A stretch of 64,000 nt of DNA from an uncultured candidate division Zixibacteria bacterium (GTDB lineage Bacteria > Zixibacteria > MSB-5A5 > UBA10806 > 4484-95). The notes under the pieces were generated by a model. That model made no database searches. It worked only from the letters and a program-made list of their open reading frames with translations, and was not told where the DNA came from. Every line of letters begins with the position of its first letter. Position 1 is the stretch's first letter. Positions 57,602 to 64,000 of this stretch are shown here, piece after piece. The DNA lies in assembly GCA_963668625.2 (NCBI GenBank), contig CAXXKA010000010.1, forward strand, positions 384,001 through 448,000, read 5' to 3'. The position numbers and the translations under genes are program-made.

Positions 57602-58526
57602 CCTCCCTTTTATGACTTAAAGCCGTATATGTTATCACCAGCATGCCCATTATCAATCCGGCTACCCATAAGTGAAGTATACGGGCGACCTGCGACATAT
57701 CTACGAAAACGATGATCACTCCGATTATCAATTGTAGTATGGTCAGGCCGTGGAGCGACGTGCAACTCTGCCAGACCAGGTTGGATGGTTTACAATCGGA
57801 GGCGATGAGTCGTTTGGTTATGAGCATAACGAAAAACGATGTGAGAATTCCGAACAGGGGATGAGCGTATTTTATCGCCCCCACCTTGCTTATCAGGAGA
57901 TGGTAGGCAAGAAGCGGGTGATGAGTGAATGCCAGTTCTATCGATTCGCGAAGCTGCATTCCCAACATTATCTGTATTATAGTGAAAATCCAGATAACGA
58001 TTATCCAGGCCTGGGCTTTGTTCGAATAAGCCGAACCGTCTTCCGTATGTGAATCGAGGATATAGTGAGCTTGTTGAGATATGAATAACAATAAGCTTAC
58101 CAGTACCAGCGAGGAAAATATATGGACCGAAAACTTGATCGGCTCGAGGTGGGGCGCAAGGTTAAGGCTGCCCTGCCATATCTGGAATAATACCAGTAAT
58201 CCGGCAATCACCGAGGGAATCAGAATCCTGAGCCTGTTGTAATAACGAATTACGGCCCAGATGATTAAGATCGCTACGACTATACAAACCGCTACGCCCG
58301 TATAGAAATTGATACATTTGATCCAGGGAAGGGTAAGTTCGTTTATACCTGAGTTCGTTTTCAGCGATAGGGGATTTATATTGGCAAACTCTCCCAGATA
58401 TTTATGCCAGTCGAGATAACCACTGTCTGCTCGGGAGATTCTGGAAAGGCCATTGATGTAAATGGAAAAGTACGTAATCAGTACCGAGGTAATCGACAAT
58501 CCCTTGAATATTCGCATTCGGAGCAC
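57588..58526 (-). CDS. COX15/CtaA heme A synthase-like membrane protein (divergent)
   Basis: About 8 TM segments; QIW.G, SVH, QIMLG..RE and ILHLW motifs; adjacent to SCO; N-terminal motifs degenerate. Confidence 0.65.
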   Translation of the reverse strand: MLRMRIFKGLSITSVLITYFSIYINGLSRISRADSGYLDWHKYLGEFANINPLSLKTNSGINELTLPWIKCINFYTGVAVCIVVAILIIWAVIRYYNRLRILIPSVIAGLLVLFQIWQGSLNLAPHLEPIKFSVHIFSSLVLVSLLLFISQQAHYILDSHTEDGSAYSNKAQAWIIVIWIFTIIQIMLGMQLRESIELAFTHHPLLAYHLLISKVGAIKYAHPLFGILTSFFVMLITKRLIASDCKPSNLVWQSCTSLHGLTILQLIIGVIIVFVDMSQVARILHLWVAGLIMGMLVITYTALSHKREVENA

Positions 58527-58664
58527 CTTCTCAAGCTAGTTAGTATCTCTATATTATTATTTTCCAGCTTATGATGCAATAACAATAAACCGAATATGAC
58601 AGGAATCTCAAAATCGTTGCGCAGTTATTTTAGTATTAAATCGGGCTCATGGAGAGGTTAAATC

Positions 58665-61600
58665 TCATGTATCCCGCATTGGTAGCTGTTTGGGAGCATC
58701 AACCGTAGCCTCGAGCCGGGCAGCATAGCTCGTATGTTTTTTGATATCATTGTCGGAAACATATACGACATCGAGTATTCCTCCGATCCTGACGCCGACG
58801 CGCAGAAAATTCATCTCATCCAGGCACAGGCTCCACCCCTCGAACCAGCTTTGCAGATCGGCTTTTTGTTTCGGTGTGCCTTTGAAATGTACGATCAGGT
58901 TGATATCGCTATCGGCATCGGCGGTGGCATTTTTCGTGCTGCCGTGTATGTATACGGCCTCGACGCCGAATCTAACCGGGTCCATCATGGAAATCATGTT
59001 TTCAGTCATACGCATTCGCCAGGCCCAATGGTTGACTTTTGATTTCTTGAATTTCGGTTTATGCTTTTTTATCGATGGAGATTCGGACTGCGGTTCGGCA
59101 AGTATCGCGACCGCCTCATCGATATCGGCGTTCATTAATATGCGAAGTATATTACCATCCGTATTACCGGCAATATCTATGACTTTGATGACATCCGAAA
59201 GATGAGCGTATTCCGGTAGAACCTCGGCCAGGATATTATCCGCATCGCTGAAAAATTTCTCGTTGAATGCGACATTATCGTTATCAGGATATAACGGCAG
59301 ATACTTGATATCGGCCTCAACCAGATCCTGGAAAAAATGAGTTCCGAACGACAGGTCAGGCACATAGTTGCCTTTCTGACGGGCCATCTCTATTAGCACG
59401 GCCGTATTGTTGATCTCGGAGTATGTAACTCTCACGCCCAGCTTGATATCGCCTCGGCTGCCCCATCTACCGGGGCCCATTAGCACGAATTTGCGTTTTG
59501 GCAATATCTTATTGAGCTTGCCAACCGCCCTACCAACGGCTATAAGCGAGGCATGCTCCGGTAACGAATCGTAACTTTCGGGATCGACATAAACCACATG
59601 AGTTATATCAGGCACCTCACCATTGGAGATGAATTTATTGGCCGAGAACAACAACTGATCATCGGGAATGTCGGTTGGTATTTCGGCGGGGGCGTCCCCC
59701 ACTACGTAGCTTTGGGGGCGGCATTGCAGAAGGAAGAAATTCACGCCGTCGGAGGCGAACTCGAGATCGACCGGCTTGCCGATCTCTTTTTCCAAAAGCT
59801 GGATCATGGTTTTCATCTTATCGACGAATTTCGTGTTAGATATCAAACCATCGAAAGTAACCAGCACATCGCCCTCGTCGAAATCGATATGCCTGCCCAT
59901 CGGGCGTTTGAGCATACCATCCTCGTAAATCGATATCTGGCGTTCGATACCGGGTATATTCTCGCCCTCGACTTTCAGTAAATAATCGATATCGATAGTC
60001 TCGAAAGTTTTCGACCACAGGTTGATGACATCCGCTTTACGAGGCGCGTACCGTACCGACTCCTCGGTAGTGGCGTTAACTCTCAAACCCGGCTGACCGG
60101 GCGCTACCAGTATCGGGTAATCATCCCCGACACGATCGACCGCCCTCGTGCCCAGCCCCATCACCAAACGTATGAGGCCGTCCTCGCGTTTGATTCTCGG
60201 CGACCAGCGAAATTCGTTGCGGCTGAACGCAACACCGGCATAGGAGGGGAAATAGTAATTGCCGACCCGGGTGCCGACCACCTCCTGAATCATTATGCCC
60301 ATCTCCTCGGAAAAATCCAGAAGGCCGCGTTCGGCTCGATACTCGATCGGATCGGGACCGAATACCGAGGCGTAAACCTCAGCGATAGCATCCAGGAGAG
60401 CCACCAGGCGGCTTTGCTTGCTACCCTGATTAGCTAAAAACAGGCTTTTGTACTTTCCCGAAAACACCGCGCCTGCTCTATCCTCGAGCAAACTGGAACT
60501 TCTTACCACAAGCGGTTTATCGCCAAAATCATCCAGAGCTACCGAAAGCCCCTGGATTATCTCGGGGGGAAAATACGAGTTCTTGAATGTTTGTACTACA
60601 TGCGGGTATTCCAACCGTACCTGGTTGATATCTTTGTATTTTTGCTCCACCACTTCGTTTAAATTATTGTACCTGACGAATTCCATCAGGACATTAGTGG
60701 TGATATACCAGGTTTTCGGTACTTTAATCTGATCGAATTTCTCGCGGAATTCTTTCGACTTGAGCATTATCTGCTTGGCCAAAAACAAGCCGGCGCCCTT
60801 ACCTCCGAGCTTGCCTTTGCCGTCCGAGGTACAGATTATATGATCGAGCAATTCTTCGTAATCGCTGATATTGATATAGTTTTTGGCTACCTTGATAAAC
60901 TCGATATCGCTCGATAAAAACTGCCTTACCAAACTCACCCGAAGGCCGCGTCTGGTGTTGGGTGGCAGCTCTATACCATCGGGGGCAATACGCCGGTAAC
61001 GTTGAACGGCCTCGGCGATATCGGCTATGGGTAAATCCTGATGAACCGCTTGTACGAGAAAACTGATTTTATCTTCCTGAATCCATTTGCGGATATAACT
61101 CAGTATCAAATCTTCATTGAGATGCTTGTCGGCTATAGCGAAAACATCCTCGCTTAGCTTGTTAGAGAACGTGATGATACTTTTTTGATGAGGCACGTTG
61201 TCATCGTTTATCGAGCCCTCGGGATTGGCTTTCTGGATTTTGCTGTACTTGCGTAATGTCTGGTCGGCCTCCTCGTAACCGCTCCAAACCAGATGGTTCA
61301 ACATCCTGCGAGAGATGTTGTGAAACAGGTTTTTATCGGTCTGGCAGAGAAGGTTCAATACTACGCGCCATTCGGGAGTCTTTTTCGCCACCAGGTCCTG
61401 TCGGGCGGTTTCGTACTCCTCGAATACCTGTTTCATGAAATTGAATATGATGAAATGACTGAGACGGTTGGCGATCGTATCCAGCAACTTGGCTTCGCCC
61501 TCCAGGAACGGCCCGATATCCGACACCGGTGTTTCCTCGGAGTAGTAAACACTGATACTGCCGGCCAACTTGTTGCGGATATTAATCTCGGAGTTCAACA

Positions 61601-61844
61601 GCCAGGGGGTCTCGGCGAATTCGGGCGAGGTGAATGTCGATTTCTCGATAGTGATCTTGATCTTGCATAACTCGGGATACTGCCAGCCGGTGGGGATAAC
61701 CTCGATTAAACCCTTGCAGGCATCACCGATACTCAATTCGGGTTGATTCAAAATGCTTTCGATGAGATAGAGGCAGTTAAGCTCTTTTTCTCTATCCTTG
61801 AGAAAGCCAAGTAAATCGTTCGATTGTTTATCCTGATCAGTCAT
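58665..61844 (-). CDS. PEP/pyruvate-binding (PPDK_N, ATP-grasp) domain protein with N-terminal sensory-like and C-terminal nucleotidyltransferase-like domains
   Basis: GKLGGKG, VRSSSLLED, FSGKYKS, GLGTRAVDR, LQCRPQ, GPGRWGS and SFGTHFFQDLVE motifs; C-terminal HGST...DSDI. Confidence 0.8.
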   Translation of the reverse strand: MTDQDKQSNDLLGFLKDREKELNCLYLIESILNQPELSIGDACKGLIEVIPTGWQYPELCKIKITIEKSTFTSPEFAETPWLLNSEINIRNKLAGSISVYYSEETPVSDIGPFLEGEAKLLDTIANRLSHFIIFNFMKQVFEEYETARQDLVAKKTPEWRVVLNLLCQTDKNLFHNISRRMLNHLVWSGYEEADQTLRKYSKIQKANPEGSINDDNVPHQKSIITFSNKLSEDVFAIADKHLNEDLILSYIRKWIQEDKISFLVQAVHQDLPIADIAEAVQRYRRIAPDGIELPPNTRRGLRVSLVRQFLSSDIEFIKVAKNYINISDYEELLDHIICTSDGKGKLGGKGAGLFLAKQIMLKSKEFREKFDQIKVPKTWYITTNVLMEFVRYNNLNEVVEQKYKDINQVRLEYPHVVQTFKNSYFPPEIIQGLSVALDDFGDKPLVVRSSSLLEDRAGAVFSGKYKSLFLANQGSKQSRLVALLDAIAEVYASVFGPDPIEYRAERGLLDFSEEMGIMIQEVVGTRVGNYYFPSYAGVAFSRNEFRWSPRIKREDGLIRLVMGLGTRAVDRVGDDYPILVAPGQPGLRVNATTEESVRYAPRKADVINLWSKTFETIDIDYLLKVEGENIPGIERQISIYEDGMLKRPMGRHIDFDEGDVLVTFDGLISNTKFVDKMKTMIQLLEKEIGKPVDLEFASDGVNFFLLQCRPQSYVVGDAPAEIPTDIPDDQLLFSANKFISNGEVPDITHVVYVDPESYDSLPEHASLIAVGRAVGKLNKILPKRKFVLMGPGRWGSRGDIKLGVRVTYSEINNTAVLIEMARQKGNYVPDLSFGTHFFQDLVEADIKYLPLYPDNDNVAFNEKFFSDADNILAEVLPEYAHLSDVIKVIDIAGNTDGNILRILMNADIDEAVAILAEPQSESPSIKKHKPKFKKSKVNHWAWRMRMTENMISMMDPVRFGVEAVYIHGSTKNATADADSDINLIVHFKGTPKQKADLQSWFEGWSLCLDEMNFLRVGVRIGGILDVVYVSDNDIKKHTSYAARLEATVDAPKQLPMRDT

Positions 61845-61977
61845 CGATTATCTCCCTGATTATTTATACTGTCGGCAATAATGGCATTTGCCCGGCTTTT
61901 ATTATCTGAAATATAAACAAATAGAGGCTTGCCAGGCAAGCCTCTATTATAAAACGAAAATCTATTTACTAAAGGGT

Positions 61978-63264
61978 CTAAATCCAACCTCGGTTGCGGC
62001 AGGCCTGCACTACTCTGTCAATCGCGATAACGTAGGCGGCATCTCGCATGTAAATCTTGCGTTTTCTGGCAAGCTCGCTGACAGCCTTGAATGCCGAGGT
62101 CATTTTGGTATCCAGACGGCCCAGGACATCGTCTTTTTCCCAGAAATAGTTCATGTTGCTCTGCACCTGTTCGAAATAGCTGCAGGTTACGCCGCCGGCG
62201 TTGGCCAGGAAATCCGGTACCAGGAATATATTGCGTTCCTGGATAACCTTATCGGCTTCGGGAGTAGTCGGGCCGTTAGCGCCCTCGGCGATCAGTTTCA
62301 CTTTTTGTGAAATCTTTTCGATATTGTCACCTCTTAACTGATGCTCCATAGCGGCCGGGATAAGTACGTCGACATCCTGCTCCAGCCAGGCGTCACCCTC
62401 TAATATCTCGTAACCAATGCTTTTGGCTTTATCTTTATCGATTCCTCCGAACCTGTCGGTAATTTTCAGGAGGGCGTCGAGATCGACACCGGATTCGTTT
62501 TTGAAACTGTACGCGGCCTGGTCGTTCTGATCCCAGCAGGATACGCAGATTACCTTACCACCATAGTTATTGTACAGTTGGATAGCATACTGAGCTACGT
62601 TACCGAAACCCTGCACGCTGGCCGTGGTATCCTCGATTTTTATACCCATCTCGTTTAAAGCCTCGCGCACGGTGTACATAACGCCGTAGCCGGTAGCCTC
62701 GGTCCGTCCCAGCGAGCCGCCCATGCCGACCGGCTTACCGGTAATCAAGCCGGGGTACTTATTGCGATTGATAGCCTCGTATTCATCTAGCATCCACAGC
62801 ATATGTTGAGCGCTGGTCATGACATCGGGGGCCGGTACATCGATAAGCGGGCCGACATCCTTGTGAATCTGGCGAATCCAGCCGCGACATATCTGTTCTT
62901 GTTCTCTCATACTTAGGTTGTGCGGATCGCAGATTACGCCGCCTTTACTGCCGCCCAGCGGGATATCGACAACAGCGGTCTTCCAGGTCATCCACATCGA
63001 TAATGCTCTCACAGTATCGACAGTCTCCTGCGGGTGAAACCGGATGCCGCCTTTGCCCGGGCCTCGGGAATCATTGTGTTGGCATCTAAAACCACGGAAT
63101 ACTTTAGTCGTGCCGTCATCCATCTTAACCGGGATGCTAAAATGGTATTCTCTCATCGGCGTACGAAGGAGGTCTCTGGCGGCCTGATCGAGCCCCAGCA
63201 TATCAGCCACGTTATCGAACTGTGACTGCGCCATCTCGAACGGATTGAAAGCCTTATCGGCCAT
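61978..63264 (-). CDS. gdhA: Glu/Leu/Phe/Val dehydrogenase (glutamate dehydrogenase)
   Basis: GPGKGGIRFHP, MTWK, GGSKGG, DVPAPDV, GRTEATG, QGFGNV, EGANGP and NAGGV motifs; start MADKAF at 63264 after a GGAAAGGA RBS. Confidence 0.92.
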   Translation of the reverse strand: MADKAFNPFEMAQSQFDNVADMLGLDQAARDLLRTPMREYHFSIPVKMDDGTTKVFRGFRCQHNDSRGPGKGGIRFHPQETVDTVRALSMWMTWKTAVVDIPLGGSKGGVICDPHNLSMREQEQICRGWIRQIHKDVGPLIDVPAPDVMTSAQHMLWMLDEYEAINRNKYPGLITGKPVGMGGSLGRTEATGYGVMYTVREALNEMGIKIEDTTASVQGFGNVAQYAIQLYNNYGGKVICVSCWDQNDQAAYSFKNESGVDLDALLKITDRFGGIDKDKAKSIGYEILEGDAWLEQDVDVLIPAAMEHQLRGDNIEKISQKVKLIAEGANGPTTPEADKVIQERNIFLVPDFLANAGGVTCSYFEQVQSNMNYFWEKDDVLGRLDTKMTSAFKAVSELARKRKIYMRDAAYVIAIDRVVQACRNRGWI

Positions 63265-64000
63265 TGTATCTATCCTTTCCAAAAAAATCTTGTATTTTTT
63301 TATATTGAAAAGTCCAGCCATCGTGGCTGAATTATTCATCGAGATTGATTTGATTTCCTCCTCGGACAACCTGGTTTTCTCATGCCCGGGGTTTTGCGAG
63401 TCTCCTTAATAAAAGGGCTTTGTCATTAGTTAAATAGCCCTTTCTTAATCCGGTGCAAGGATATTCGTTTGGTTTTTAAAAGTCAAGTACGATAAGCAGT
63501 AAATATAGAGATTTTTCAAATATTTTTATCTTTAATAGTGAGTATAAGCCCTGGAATCGGCTTGAACGGAGTCGGCCCGGGGAAAGATTGTCTTATTTAG
63601 CTAGATAGGTCGTATGATACACGATTCGTGTCCTAATTCATCCTCAGCCATGCCCACAATCGCAATGCCCGTATATACAATCATTTCTAGGCTTTTCGGG
63701 AGTATTTTTAATTGAAATCGCAGCCGAAAAACCGCTATAAATAAATTTTCTGATAGGCCCGAAAATAATACCCTAATCCTTACTGAAAACTATATGTTAA
63801 TTGTATCAGTTTATTTGTCATAACCTGAATAGAATAAACCTGTTACATAAGTTGATTTTTATGTTAAGTATTGATAAATAATTCACAAAAATTTGGTTAA
63901 AAGGTGTTCTTTTTCTTGACTCGTCCGAAAGCTTATAGTAAATAGGTAACGTAGGAAGAGGAAGATTACTCGCCTTGAGTAAGGTATCACGGGAAATGAT

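Noticed and set aside
63265-63369. N-terminal extension of glutamate dehydrogenase in the ORF track
   Set aside because: RBS and family-like sequence begin at MADKAF (63264); the extension is probably not translated.

Overview
Bacterial chromosomal window; the dockerin/cohesin-like and YPNPFN-type C-terminal sorting domains suggest candidate phylum Zixibacteria or a relative (inference only). Housekeeping flanks are 1-7.5 kb (cinA, pgpA, pgsA, CDF and DASS transporters, mazG, tRNA-Ser) and 52.3-64 kb (MTH1187, DUF3857/transglutaminase, SCO, CtaA-like, PPDK_N protein, glutamate dehydrogenase). Between them is a ~45 kb composite island that starts at the 3' end of tRNA-Ser(GGA) and has no visible integrase. 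It contains three att-like tRNA 3'-end copies, a decayed RHS/metallopeptidase toxin-immunity-cohesin cassette with an IS4 element, and a LysW-type lysine operon with a class II amidotransferase but no lysK. It also has four parallel modules: TrmB regulator with palindromic operator, then secreted proteins with a C-terminal sorting domain, then an acidic Cys-rich protein ending in a near-invariant dockerin (three of the four also carry a conserved 3' trailer). Three, possibly four, modules carry a counter-transcribed two-hairpin small-RNA-like element. All calls come from reading the sequence by eye; no searches were run.
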